Below are positions 1 to 10,020 of a DNA stretch of 64,000 bases, piece after piece. The position numbers and the translations under genes are program-made. The DNA is from an uncultured Candidatus Poseidoniales archaeon. GTDB lineage: Archaea; Thermoplasmatota; Poseidoniia; Poseidoniales; Poseidoniaceae. Under the pieces are notes generated by a model. The model saw only the letters and a program-made list of their open reading frames with translations, made no database searches and had not been told where the DNA came from. Where the stretch lies: NCBI GenBank assembly GCA_902563095.1, contig CACEWA010000001.1, positions 104,614 through 168,613 on the forward strand, read 5' to 3'. Every line of letters starts with the position of its first letter. The first letter of the stretch is position 1.

Positions 1-172
1 CAGCGATCCATCCGACGACTCTGCCTGCGCGAACTATGCGATGGCCGCTAGCGGTTGACCTGCGGCCCAAATAAGTCGTAATCGAACCGTTTTCAAACGG
101 TAAAATTACACCATCACTAACATCGATTTCATTTTCAACTGGCATTCCATATGGCAGATCGAACATGTCCAT
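1..172 (-). CDS. Partial hypothetical protein (N-terminus; runs off the window), weakly DUF2226-like
   Basis: ATG at 172 overlaps the TGA of the roadblock ORF (TGATG). Open frame MDMFDLPYGMPVENEIDVSDGVILPFENGSITTYLGRRSTASGHRIVRAGRVVGWIA to the window edge. Family resemblance is by eye only. Confidence 0.55.
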   Translation of the reverse strand, partial: MDMFDLPYGMPVENEIDVSDGVILPFENGSITTYLGRRSTASGHRIVRAGRVVGWIA

Positions 173-513
173 CACCTCATCACTGAGTTCAGCATATCAA
201 CATCACACTCGACGGCGTGTCGCCACCTAGCAATCCTGCCACCCTTCTTTCCGGAAATCACCAGGCTTGCATCTTCACTCAAGCGAGTCAAGAGAAACAA
301 TCCTCCTCCTTCAGACCAGAGTTCCAAGCCTCTCCCAACACTAACTGTTTGTTCGAGTTTATCCATAGCTTGGACCAACTGGGTGGCATGTTCAACCATC
401 GGTGCACGACCTCTCTTCCCCACTGCAGCAACCAAACCATCTCGTCTAGAAACGATGTATGCTTGGTCTGCCCCTGGTAGGGCTGAAAATTCGGCCAAAA
501 TGCGTTGCATCAT
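172..513 (-). CDS. Roadblock/LC7 (MglB-like) domain protein
   Basis: 113 aa with the pattern L..F..LPGA..A.IVSRRDGL and a C-terminal beta-beta-helix arrangement typical of roadblock domains. Confidence 0.65.
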   Translation of the reverse strand: MMQRILAEFSALPGADQAYIVSRRDGLVAAVGKRGRAPMVEHATQLVQAMDKLEQTVSVGRGLELWSEGGGLFLLTRLSEDASLVISGKKGGRIARWRHAVECDVDMLNSVMR

Positions 514-720
514 GCGCGCTCAAATGGGTGCAGGTTGAAAACGGCTTCAAGAAGTTTGGCTTTTCAAAACGCCCGTAGGGCGGTTTGTAGGGTTGTTTGA
601 TTTTGCCAACTAGTTTTTTGGTAATCGCAAATTCTGATTTGTAAATTCCTATTGGAAATTTGATTTTTGAATTAAAAAATTCTACCGTTGACATCAAGGC
701 CAGAACCTCGTCGAATAACC

Positions 721-1680
721 ATGGCCGGCCTTTTTGATGTCCCGAGTTGCGATAAGTGTCGCAATCCGGCTATTCATCACCAAGTTTACTCTGGCAGAAT
801 GATGTGTGGAGCACACCTTGCTGAAAGCGTCAGGAAGAAAGCTTCCAAGGCATTAAGAGAACAATTATTCCTGCCAAAAGGAGAACATACTACAATCCTT
901 GTAGCGATCTCTGGAGGTAAAGATTCGGCAGTGCTACTAGAAAGGCTTCACGAAAATTTGGGGAAGCGACGTGATGTGACACTTGTTGGAGGATGCGTGG
1001 ATGAAGGAATTGAAGGATATAGGCCACCCTCTTTAGAATGTGCAAGACAACTTTGTGAAGATTTAGGAATAAGGTTCGAGACCGTATCTTACCCAGAACT
1101 TGGATTCAAAGAAATGGATGATGTCGTAAACAAGATAGTTCAACTTGAAGAAAAAAAGGCGCCTTGCTCATATTGTGGAGTGTTTAGACGACAGGGAATC
1201 AATCATCTTGCGGACAGAGTCAATGCTGACGTAATTGCCTTGGGTCACAATTTAGACGACATGGCTCAAACCATCATGATGAACATGCAAAACGGCGACT
1301 TGGAAAGAACGCTTAGACTAGCACCCCACACCAGTACGCCGCTGGAAGGAATGGTGCCTCGAATCGTGCCACTGCGCTGGATTCCTGAGCAAGAAATTCA
1401 CCTATATGCTCTTCATAAAAAATTGCCAATTCATCATGAAGAATGCCCTCACGGAGAAGGTGCTTTGCGATTCAGACATCGAGAAACTATCGCAATGATG
1501 GAATCTGACGTACCAGGGACTCGGCATGGTTTACTGCGAATGGCGGATGACCTGAAGAGATTACATGCTTCTGCGGGTGGAAAATTCAACACGATTAGCC
1601 CGATTAATTGTCCAGAATGTGGACAAATGTGTAGCGGCAAAATTTGCAAGGCTTGCGAAATGAAAAAACAAATGCAGTAA
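721..1680 (+). CDS. tRNA 2-thiolation protein, TtcA/TtuA/Ncs6 (Ctu1) family
   Basis: PP-loop SGGKDS, CSYCGVFRR, GHNLDD, and N- and C-terminal Zn fingers (CDKC, CPEC, CKAC). Confidence 0.9.
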   Translation: MAGLFDVPSCDKCRNPAIHHQVYSGRMMCGAHLAESVRKKASKALREQLFLPKGEHTTILVAISGGKDSAVLLERLHENLGKRRDVTLVGGCVDEGIEGYRPPSLECARQLCEDLGIRFETVSYPELGFKEMDDVVNKIVQLEEKKAPCSYCGVFRRQGINHLADRVNADVIALGHNLDDMAQTIMMNMQNGDLERTLRLAPHTSTPLEGMVPRIVPLRWIPEQEIHLYALHKKLPIHHEECPHGEGALRFRHRETIAMMESDVPGTRHGLLRMADDLKRLHASAGGKFNTISPINCPECGQMCSGKICKACEMKKQMQ

Positions 1681-3426
1681 TCAAACCCTGCGCCTTAGTC
1701 TTTCCATGAAACCATCTGCGAGACCGAGAGATTCCAATGTTTCATCTACTCTACCAGCCTTGTGTGCATCACCAGCTAAAGCAATTGCTTCTTCAACAGA
1801 TCTTCTATCTTCATCATCGACCTTGATTCCGCTGGCGTCACATTGATTCCTCAAAATATTCCATTCTTCTAAGACATATTCCAATAATTCATTGGCTTCG
1901 CCGCTGGCCTTGCCTTCTACATCCAAATCCTTTGTCAGGCGCTCTAGAAGTGTTGCTGCATGTGACCATTCAAGTGAATCAGCAGATTCTTCGATCTCTA
2001 TTAATCGTGAATCCCAATCTGCAGAATCTTCTCTTTCTGACCATCGAGAAATCAAGTGCACTTTCTGCCTGAGTGCTCTACGTACATCATCCATTGCCTC
2101 TCTTTCCGCGTTGATTTCCCTAACAATTCCATCGGCGAGGCCTTTGGCTTGAGCATGGTTACCTTGTTCTAATTCGTCTTCAGCGTTCTCGAGTCTTGCC
2201 TCCAGTAAATCTTTGTTGATTCCATCGGCAGATTTCAATTGCCTTGCAGCATCTTTGACTGATTTTTCAGCAACAATCATCGCATCGTCAGAAGCCTCTA
2301 ATTGGTCAGGAATAACCATTGCAAATTCGTATGCTTTTTGCGGCTTTTCGGAGTTGAGTTTCTTCTTTGCGTCAGCCAAAATTTCTTCCAATGCTTCTTG
2401 CTTATGTTTTGATGAAGATAACAAGGAAGATGCTTCTCTAATCGCTTCTTCGGCTTTCTGCCACCATTCGATAATTTCACTAGCTCTGTGCTTGGCTTGT
2501 CTGAACAAAGCCTCTCCTTCTCGTAAACTACCCAATTCAACTTCTCTTTGACCCATGTCCCATGCTTTCCTAGGGCGTTTTGCGATTGGAGCGATTTCTT
2601 CTGCCGATTCCACTGCCTTGAGAGAATCTGCTTTAATTTCCTCGACATCGCCAGCCAAAGATAGTGACCTCTCGATGTCCTCATCAGCTTCATCTAGAAG
2701 CCTCATACCCCACTCTGGCTCTCGATGGCCTTCTTCTCTAGCGGTCATAATCAGGCTTGCTGCTTGGTCTACCGCAGAACCAGTGCTTCGAAGACGAAGG
2801 ATTCTTTCTTCCATTGAATTTAATCGCGAATTGAATTCTTTTCTCAATCCGCGTTGGTCGTCTTTACCAAACCAATCTGTAACAATCAACATTAATCCAA
2901 CCACGCAAAATCCAATCTGGATCAACGAAGAGTTATCGTCAAATTTGATTGTGGTAAGCAAAGATACTGCAAGTACAAGGCCGAGTAAACCCATCAATGC
3001 ACGGAATTTCATAACAGCAACATCTCCTTCCAATATTGCCCGACTAGTCAAAAACAAGGCGACTGATGTTGATAACAAGATTACCATTCCTAGCATCTGT
3101 GAAATATTACCTTCCAGTTGAGATAATGCTACAACGGCTAATGGAAGCCATGCTATAGTGGAGATTATTCCAATTCTTGACCTAGATTTCTTATCCATCA
3201 AACCGAGGTCTTGAACAAAAACGCCCCAGGCGATGATGATTAAAGCGTACTTCAAATCTGAAGTAATCGAGTCACCGCTCATTCCTGATTTCAGAGACGG
3301 CCATGCTAACCAAACAGCCGCTACAAGCATTGCCATTGCTGATATTCCAGCCAATTTTTCGACTCTATCCAAACGGCTTTTGGCCTCCGCCTTAATCGCT
3401 TCATCCAAATCAACAAAGCCATCCAT
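1681..3426 (-). CDS. Hypothetical membrane protein: about 6 N-terminal TM helices plus a long acidic helical/coiled-coil region
   Basis: 581 aa ORF with hydrophobic segments in about the first 185 aa, then A/E/L/R-rich helical sequence. AGGTG SD-like motif upstream. Confidence 0.75.
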   Translation of the reverse strand: MDGFVDLDEAIKAEAKSRLDRVEKLAGISAMAMLVAAVWLAWPSLKSGMSGDSITSDLKYALIIIAWGVFVQDLGLMDKKSRSRIGIISTIAWLPLAVVALSQLEGNISQMLGMVILLSTSVALFLTSRAILEGDVAVMKFRALMGLLGLVLAVSLLTTIKFDDNSSLIQIGFCVVGLMLIVTDWFGKDDQRGLRKEFNSRLNSMEERILRLRSTGSAVDQAASLIMTAREEGHREPEWGMRLLDEADEDIERSLSLAGDVEEIKADSLKAVESAEEIAPIAKRPRKAWDMGQREVELGSLREGEALFRQAKHRASEIIEWWQKAEEAIREASSLLSSSKHKQEALEEILADAKKKLNSEKPQKAYEFAMVIPDQLEASDDAMIVAEKSVKDAARQLKSADGINKDLLEARLENAEDELEQGNHAQAKGLADGIVREINAEREAMDDVRRALRQKVHLISRWSEREDSADWDSRLIEIEESADSLEWSHAATLLERLTKDLDVEGKASGEANELLEYVLEEWNILRNQCDASGIKVDDEDRRSVEEAIALAGDAHKAGRVDETLESLGLADGFMERLRRRV

Positions 3427-3451
3427 AAACTACCCACCTTTATCGAACATA

Positions 3452-5953
3452 TCAGAATCGCGGTTCTTTGCGTGACCTTGCCCACACTACGGCCAAAATT
3501 CCTAAACCAACAATGATGACTAATTCTAAAGCACCAAATCCAATTCCTGAATTATATTCACTTGTAGAGTGTTTCACCACTGTCTGATTTGAATCATCTA
3601 GATATGACAACTCTACCGAGAATGTTTCAAACCAATCTAAATCGACTTTCATCGAGACTATTGAAGTCGAGGTTTGAGAATAAGTGGAAGGGGCGACAAT
3701 AGAATCTACACAAGTGTCGTCGCTACAAAGGATGAATTCTGTACTGCTTGCTCCATTATTTTGTATTGTAATCCAAAACTGATTCATCCCAGGCTCTACT
3801 TCAGTTGCAGAGGATTTGATTTCGATTACCTCGAGATCTCTAGCTATTGGCGGGGCGATTGCAACACCGATTGTGCTACCTGCCAAATTACCTGCTTCGT
3901 CCATTCCAGCGATGTTGATTTCATGATAGCCGATTCCCAATTCAGGCAGATCCCAATACTGTATTTCAGACCATGATAAATCGGTATATTCGCCGTTTAA
4001 ATTATTAATTGAAAAATTAATTTTGTCAATTGAAGAATGGTCGTCAAATGTTTGGGTTAAATTCAACCTTAACTTATCGCCGGGGCGAGACACAGAAGTC
4101 ACGGCTTTCCACCGGCCGTCCTCTTCCAAAGATTCCACTGTAGCAATGACAACTGGACCAGAATTATCGAGCAAGCGAATCGTCCAATTACCTGTAGAGG
4201 TATGGCCAACATCATCGCTTACTTCTGCAGACAACCAATACTCGATTTGATTACGTGCTTTGTGCCTCTCACTGATGTTATCATTGATTGAATTAAGTTC
4301 TGAATTGACACTAAAGCTAGTTTGCAGAACATCCCCGGTAAACCACCAATCGTCGGATTTGTTACTGGTCCAATACACTCTCAAATTGTCATCATGATCG
4401 TCTCCAACCATCAAGTCCCAGTTGAAGAAACCCGGAGTGATTTCTTGAACATCATTACTGGCGTTAATCCATGGACTACCGCCGTCTAAGACGAAGCTTT
4501 TCGAGAATGTTTCAGATAAGCCGCCTTCATCTACACAGGAGACCATGACAGGTAGGGATGAATCTTGTTCAAAGGTTGAAAGATTGACGTCCAAATTATT
4601 GGTCAGGCCTGAAATATTCCATTCACACTCGTGAACCGATAGCGGTGCATCATCTATGATTATATGGAAATCATAAGACTCATTGTCCCAAGGTAAAGCA
4701 TAATCTTCAGACATAGAAAGAACAGGAGCGGTATTGGGGCCTAGAGAGATAGTGTAGAAACCGGATACAGAGGTTACATCTCTTGTTAGTGTGAAGTCTG
4801 CGGGAGTGCCTTCAATCCATTCTCCTAATGGACTAGAAAGGTACTGCCATTCTCCATTAGTTACAATATTTAGTGGCGTTATTTGCCTCAAATCATTGTA
4901 GAATGGAACTTCTAATCTCATCAAATTGATATGTGAGCGATCCGCACTTATCGCTGCTGTTTCGTTCCACCCCCAGTAACCATTGGCAAAATCTATTTCT
5001 GCCTGAACACTAAGTCCGGAAAACAACACCGTTGAGTCATCAATAATACAACACAGTGCTTCCTTTCCGTTGAGATATTCTATGCTCTCAAGCAGAGATT
5101 CTAATTGTGAGATATCACCGCCCAAAAATCGATCAACTTGGCTTTCAATTCCTGCCGCAATATCAGGAATAAACGGCAATCCTATCCCGTTGTTGAAACT
5201 ATGCGATGCATTCCAAACTCCCGCAATATCCTCATTCGGAGTCAGATTAGAAGTGAATTCTAGACTGGCTTGTCCATTGATTACAGAGGAATTCAATTGT
5301 TCTGTAATCCATTGGCCGGTTGGAGGCCAAATGGAGTTTCCAAGTGGCATTCCTTGCAGATAAACACGAGCGCTCCAGCCCCCGCCGAATTCACCTACAG
5401 TCAAATTTTGATTCTCCCACTCAACGATATTACCAGAACCAGTATGTATGGCTTTTACAAGCACATCATCGCTATAATTCCCATGCAAATCATATGCAGT
5501 AGTCGCATTTGGAATAGTAATCGATGATTCTCCATACCTTATGTCTGAGCCGCCTTCACCAATCAAAACAATTGGAATCCCGTTTGGAGCGTCTACGAAT
5601 CCATCATCTATCGAAACCTCCCAAGTGCTACCCAATGCCTGCATTGTATGTGCGCCTTGAACTGTGAAGAGATCTTCAATGATAGGATGCGCTTGCAAAA
5701 CGACTGTTGTCTGAGAGGAAGGGATTGGAGGATGCCACATCACAACATATCCTTCACAGGTAGCACTCGCTTGATACATACCGCCACTAGGACTGTCGAC
5801 TATGCTGCCAGTCCAGGGTTCTGTCAAAACAATGTCGCAATCTGCAATTGGGTTGCCCAATGGGTCTTCTACTTCTACCGTCCAAGACTCTGATTCTTCT
5901 GCCCAAACCGCAGGCATGAGAAGTAGAAATACGAGCAACAAAACCCTGCGCAT
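3452..5953 (-). CDS. Large secreted, membrane-anchored surface protein (Ig-like/CARDB-like domains)
   Basis: Signal peptide MRRVLLLVFLLLMPAVWA, acidic beta-rich body, C-terminal TM helix followed by RSRK. Start supported by a TTGATG box at -30. Confidence 0.75.
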   Translation of the reverse strand: MRRVLLLVFLLLMPAVWAEESESWTVEVEDPLGNPIADCDIVLTEPWTGSIVDSPSGGMYQASATCEGYVVMWHPPIPSSQTTVVLQAHPIIEDLFTVQGAHTMQALGSTWEVSIDDGFVDAPNGIPIVLIGEGGSDIRYGESSITIPNATTAYDLHGNYSDDVLVKAIHTGSGNIVEWENQNLTVGEFGGGWSARVYLQGMPLGNSIWPPTGQWITEQLNSSVINGQASLEFTSNLTPNEDIAGVWNASHSFNNGIGLPFIPDIAAGIESQVDRFLGGDISQLESLLESIEYLNGKEALCCIIDDSTVLFSGLSVQAEIDFANGYWGWNETAAISADRSHINLMRLEVPFYNDLRQITPLNIVTNGEWQYLSSPLGEWIEGTPADFTLTRDVTSVSGFYTISLGPNTAPVLSMSEDYALPWDNESYDFHIIIDDAPLSVHECEWNISGLTNNLDVNLSTFEQDSSLPVMVSCVDEGGLSETFSKSFVLDGGSPWINASNDVQEITPGFFNWDLMVGDDHDDNLRVYWTSNKSDDWWFTGDVLQTSFSVNSELNSINDNISERHKARNQIEYWLSAEVSDDVGHTSTGNWTIRLLDNSGPVVIATVESLEEDGRWKAVTSVSRPGDKLRLNLTQTFDDHSSIDKINFSINNLNGEYTDLSWSEIQYWDLPELGIGYHEINIAGMDEAGNLAGSTIGVAIAPPIARDLEVIEIKSSATEVEPGMNQFWITIQNNGASSTEFILCSDDTCVDSIVAPSTYSQTSTSIVSMKVDLDWFETFSVELSYLDDSNQTVVKHSTSEYNSGIGFGALELVIIVGLGILAVVWARSRKEPRF

Positions 5954-6052
5954 ACCACTTAGCAGAAATTCATACCTCATCAAGAAAGCGGATTTTCGCG
6001 CCCATATGTTCATGGTCGGGTTTGGCACAAGACCCACGGAAGGGGGAGCGAC

Positions 6053-7003
6053 ATGCCCGGATTAATCACCATGGATGACCTAACGAATGATGAGATTATT
6101 TCTATTCTAGATGATGCGGAAAGGCTGCTTCCTGTAGCTCGTGGCGAGATATACTTGCCACTGCTACAAGGTAGAATCCTAGGCAACCTTTTCTTTGAAC
6201 CATCAACTAGAACTCGGATGTCTTTTGAGACCGCAATGAAGCGGTTAGGAGGAGATGTTGTCAATCTGGGAGATGTGAAAACCTCTTCTGTTGTCAAGGG
6301 TGAAACCCTATTTGACACCATCCAAATGGTTGATGGATATACCGATATTATCGCTATGAGGCACCCTAGACAAGGAGCCGCGCAATATGCTTGCGATAGT
6401 GCTAATGTTCCAATTTTGAATGGCGGCGATGGCGCTGGCCACCATCCGACTCAAACAATGCTTGACCTGTTCACTATTAGACAATCTCACGGAACCCTTG
6501 AGGGATTAAATGTAGTTCTAGCAGGTGACCTGAGATATGGACGTACTGTTCACTCGCTATCGCATGCTCTAGTTAGGTTCGGATGCAATGTCACATTTGC
6601 ATCTCCTGAAAGTTTACGAATGCCGGAAGAAATTGTTGCTGATTTGAAAGTACATGGTGCTGAAGTTGTCGAAACCGATGACTTGCTAGGCCAAATTAAC
6701 GACGCTGATGTAATTTACATGACTAGAATCCAGAAAGAGAGATTCCCTGACGAAGACGAATATGCAAAAGTTGCAGGAGCATACAAATTACAAGCTAGTG
6801 ACTTGGATGGAGCGAAGGCTGAGATGATTATCATGCATCCTCTTCCGAGAGTAAATGAAATTCATCCATCAGTAGATTCCACCAGGCATGCCAGATATTT
6901 CGAACAGGCTTTCAATGGAGTCGTTGCTAGAATGGCACTAATGTGTAGGTTATTGGGCGTCGATGTGCCTGCAACAATCGGTACTGAAGGAGGGATTCAA
7001 TGA
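6053..7003 (+). CDS. pyrB: Aspartate carbamoyltransferase catalytic subunit
   Basis: FFEPSTRTRMSF, HPTQTMLD, GDLRYGRTVHS, MTRIQKER and HPLPR motifs. Confidence 0.97.
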   Translation: MPGLITMDDLTNDEIISILDDAERLLPVARGEIYLPLLQGRILGNLFFEPSTRTRMSFETAMKRLGGDVVNLGDVKTSSVVKGETLFDTIQMVDGYTDIIAMRHPRQGAAQYACDSANVPILNGGDGAGHHPTQTMLDLFTIRQSHGTLEGLNVVLAGDLRYGRTVHSLSHALVRFGCNVTFASPESLRMPEEIVADLKVHGAEVVETDDLLGQINDADVIYMTRIQKERFPDEDEYAKVAGAYKLQASDLDGAKAEMIIMHPLPRVNEIHPSVDSTRHARYFEQAFNGVVARMALMCRLLGVDVPATIGTEGGIQ

Positions 7004-7476
7004 GCCAAGAAGCAAACATGAGAAGAGTTACTGCAATCAAAAATGGTACTGTTATTGACCATGTTCCTGCTGGTAAAGCTCTATCTGTTCTGAAGATGCT
7101 AGGTATCGGTGGCGATATGTCAAACCCAGTATCTCTTGTAATGAATGTCCCCTCCAAAAAAATGGGTGGGAAGGATATCATCAAGGTTGAAGATCGTGAA
7201 TTAACTCAGCATGAGTTAGACCGTTTGGCCCTTGTTGCTCCTGATGCATCCGTTGCGATTATTCGCGCATATTCTGTTGCTGAGAAATTAGACATCAACT
7301 TGACCGATGAAGTGGTCAATGTAGCAAGATGTACTTTCTCCAATTGTATCACTGAAAATCCCCGTGAGCCTTTGCCACATAGGCTAATCGTAACAAAAAG
7401 AGACCCACTTGAACTTCGTTGCAGATATTGTGGTAAAAAACAAGACATTGAGGCATTAGTGGACAATCTTATTTGA
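7000..7476 (+). CDS. pyrI: Aspartate carbamoyltransferase regulatory subunit
   Basis: IKNGTVIDHV, KDIIKVE, Zn ligands CTFSNC and CRYC. ATGA overlap with pyrB. Confidence 0.96.
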   Translation: MSQEANMRRVTAIKNGTVIDHVPAGKALSVLKMLGIGGDMSNPVSLVMNVPSKKMGGKDIIKVEDRELTQHELDRLALVAPDASVAIIRAYSVAEKLDINLTDEVVNVARCTFSNCITENPREPLPHRLIVTKRDPLELRCRYCGKKQDIEALVDNLI

Positions 7477-10011
7477 TTACAGGTCAAACAAATCGGCCTT
7501 TTCACAAGCGCGGAAATTGATCCATCCGGGCAATCCTAAGTCGATTGGCACACCACCAACTGTAGTGATTAATCCAGTCATTATCAGGTGATTTGCTAGT
7601 GGTGGATTTGTCCAATCAACTTTCTTCCAACCCTTCTTCCCAAGATTCTTGATTGTGGTTTCACGGCGTGAAGTCCACGCATTCGCATTCCATGCATGTA
7701 TTTTCATTGCATTGGTAGAGATACTTGGCGCAGCCACTACATTATGTGATTCTTGCCAATTCTTCTCCCAATCCCCGTCCATGGTATCTGCCCAAATTAA
7801 TCCGGTCTTTTCTTGGTCAGGAATATCCATCTCGCCAAGTGTTGCGAGATGTATTGCCAATCTCCTTAGGTGGGGATGGCGAGGGTGTTTCTTCATGGTT
7901 TTCTTTACGATGTTTATTGCACTTGCATTCATTCCTCTATCAAGATAGAGAAGAGCCCTAGCGGTTTGACCATGCGGCCATTCTTCCATGTCGATTTCAT
8001 TCTTCTTGGCCCAAGCTTCCAACTTATCCAACGCAATATCGGATTGAGACCATAGTCTGAATCTTGCTATATCTCCAAGGACGTATAATTTTGAAGCAGG
8101 TTTGTATTTCCAAGCAATATTGCTACCAGGTATGCCTTCTTTGAATCTCTTCAATAAGTCGATATTTCTCTTAGTGAGTGAATCCAATCGCAATAATGGC
8201 CTAACCGCATCTGGTAACTTTACAGAAGGATCTAGAACGGATGTAATCCACTTTAGTCGAGCGGATTCAATATCTTCGTCTGCTAGTAAATCAAGACGAG
8301 GAATCGCTTCAGGTATGTCTCTTTGAGCGAGGGAGGCTGCTGCTAAAATAACTCTAGCAATTTCTGCTGTACGCCCTGCTCTCAAGGCGAGGAAGGAAAG
8401 CGCCACCTGTTCGGCTTGGTCCCACCTCCCTAAGCCCATCAGCATCTCCATACTGGCTTCTGTTCGCCTGACTAGAGACAAACCTTCGATACTCTCTTCG
8501 CCATGATCCTCATACAATAATTCCATTTGTTCCATTGCTTTAGACCAATTGTCTGATGAAATCATCTTACGGAAATCTTCACCTTTACGGTAAATCATCT
8601 GTTCAATTGCTTCTAACTGAATTCTATTTTGGTTAGCCATTGCATCAAAGGAAATATCGTCTAAATGCTGCCCTGTTCTCCTAGATAGAGCCCAGATTCC
8701 TAAGAATACAACTTGCCCACCCGATGCTAACATCCAAGTCATTTCTTCTAAGGAATCTTTCCTGATAACTTGACAAATGGAATCTTGCCAAGAACCGCAT
8801 TGTTGGCCTTGAGGGAGATACTGTGAATCCCAAAACGTCAACATAGCCAAAGCTAGTAACAGCATAGATTGGCCAGCGAATCCTGTGAAACAGAAATTCA
8901 AGACATTGGCTTGTTGAGATTTCTCACTTCGCAATAATCGTGAGTCTGCAAGTCTGATTCCGCCTTTCCCGGACACATCAGCGATATCTAGGAATAAAAT
9001 TCTTGCAACTTCGTATACGAAAAGGAAACCTACGATTGCAACGTTAAGCAAAAGGAATAGGAGAACTATTGTGACTAATGGAACCCTAATTCCCGGTTCT
9101 GAAATGTTTGCAAATAATTCGATTGCATAGAATCCAAGTACTCCTCCTTCTTCCATAATCGTTGACTGTGGACGGTATTCAGGTAAATCGAGCACTCTCT
9201 GGGTATGCTCAAACATCGTTGGATCAATCGCCAGTAAAATAAGCGATACAAATGTGTTGAACGCGATAAATGGCATCGCTGCTGTGTTTAACCAAACGAG
9301 AGTAGAGATGAATTGTTTTCGAGCAGGGGGTTTGTATGGATAGAAAGCCGATGGCTCACCTTTGGATAACTGTCTGCTAGATTCTTTCAGAGCGGTCCAT
9401 GATGAACCCATGACTCTCCCATAAGCGATGAAACCAGGGGCGAATGCTAAACAACCTGTCAAAGCCAATCTCCTATCAAAATCCACTTCTACAAGACCCA
9501 TAATGAACCAGAGCATGATTAGTGAAGTGAACCACAAAATCGTAATTGTTACTCCGACTCCATTTCTGAATGTACTAGCACCTTGGAGGGTAGCTCGTTT
9601 GCCCCCAGTTCTGGTGATGATTTGGGTGCTCATGGAGACGCCGGTTGAGATCATTGCTGGTACAATAATCAAAATTAGTGCTACTGCTAAAGAAATCTGA
9701 TGAAGACCTTCTGAGAGTTCCATCTGATAGAGTAGCCATTCCATTCCTAGCAAAATTGCACCGGTTAATGCCATGACATATACAGTCAGGCCATTTCGCA
9801 TACCGGGCGTCTTCAACAGTTCTTTTGCCTCGTCTTTGTTATCTGTAACTGTATGAACTTCGTATCTCCTCGGGCCTGTAGGGAATGCTACTTGCAATCC
9901 AGAAAGGCCTCTTGGAATCACATACTCTTGGAATAAATATGCAATGAAAGCGGATAGAGAAATGGCAAAAATGGCCATAATATCGAATTCACTTACGAGT
10001 TCGATTCCCAT
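7477..10011 (-). CDS. Hypothetical polytopic membrane protein with a C-terminal TPR-like helical region
   Basis: 844 aa with about 9-10 hydrophobic segments, then helical repeats (LGRWDQAEQVA, ARALLYLDRG). Lies 9 bp downstream of thrS. Confidence 0.7.
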   Translation of the reverse strand: MGIELVSEFDIMAIFAISLSAFIAYLFQEYVIPRGLSGLQVAFPTGPRRYEVHTVTDNKDEAKELLKTPGMRNGLTVYVMALTGAILLGMEWLLYQMELSEGLHQISLAVALILIIVPAMISTGVSMSTQIITRTGGKRATLQGASTFRNGVGVTITILWFTSLIMLWFIMGLVEVDFDRRLALTGCLAFAPGFIAYGRVMGSSWTALKESSRQLSKGEPSAFYPYKPPARKQFISTLVWLNTAAMPFIAFNTFVSLILLAIDPTMFEHTQRVLDLPEYRPQSTIMEEGGVLGFYAIELFANISEPGIRVPLVTIVLLFLLLNVAIVGFLFVYEVARILFLDIADVSGKGGIRLADSRLLRSEKSQQANVLNFCFTGFAGQSMLLLALAMLTFWDSQYLPQGQQCGSWQDSICQVIRKDSLEEMTWMLASGGQVVFLGIWALSRRTGQHLDDISFDAMANQNRIQLEAIEQMIYRKGEDFRKMISSDNWSKAMEQMELLYEDHGEESIEGLSLVRRTEASMEMLMGLGRWDQAEQVALSFLALRAGRTAEIARVILAAASLAQRDIPEAIPRLDLLADEDIESARLKWITSVLDPSVKLPDAVRPLLRLDSLTKRNIDLLKRFKEGIPGSNIAWKYKPASKLYVLGDIARFRLWSQSDIALDKLEAWAKKNEIDMEEWPHGQTARALLYLDRGMNASAINIVKKTMKKHPRHPHLRRLAIHLATLGEMDIPDQEKTGLIWADTMDGDWEKNWQESHNVVAAPSISTNAMKIHAWNANAWTSRRETTIKNLGKKGWKKVDWTNPPLANHLIMTGLITTVGGVPIDLGLPGWINFRACEKADLFDL

Positions 10012-10020
10012 TGTTTAGCC

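Noticed and set aside
446-697. 83-aa minus-strand ORF across the intergenic region
   Set aside because: It overlaps the roadblock start, its K/F/P-rich translation follows from AT-rich palindromic DNA, and it has no recognisable motif.
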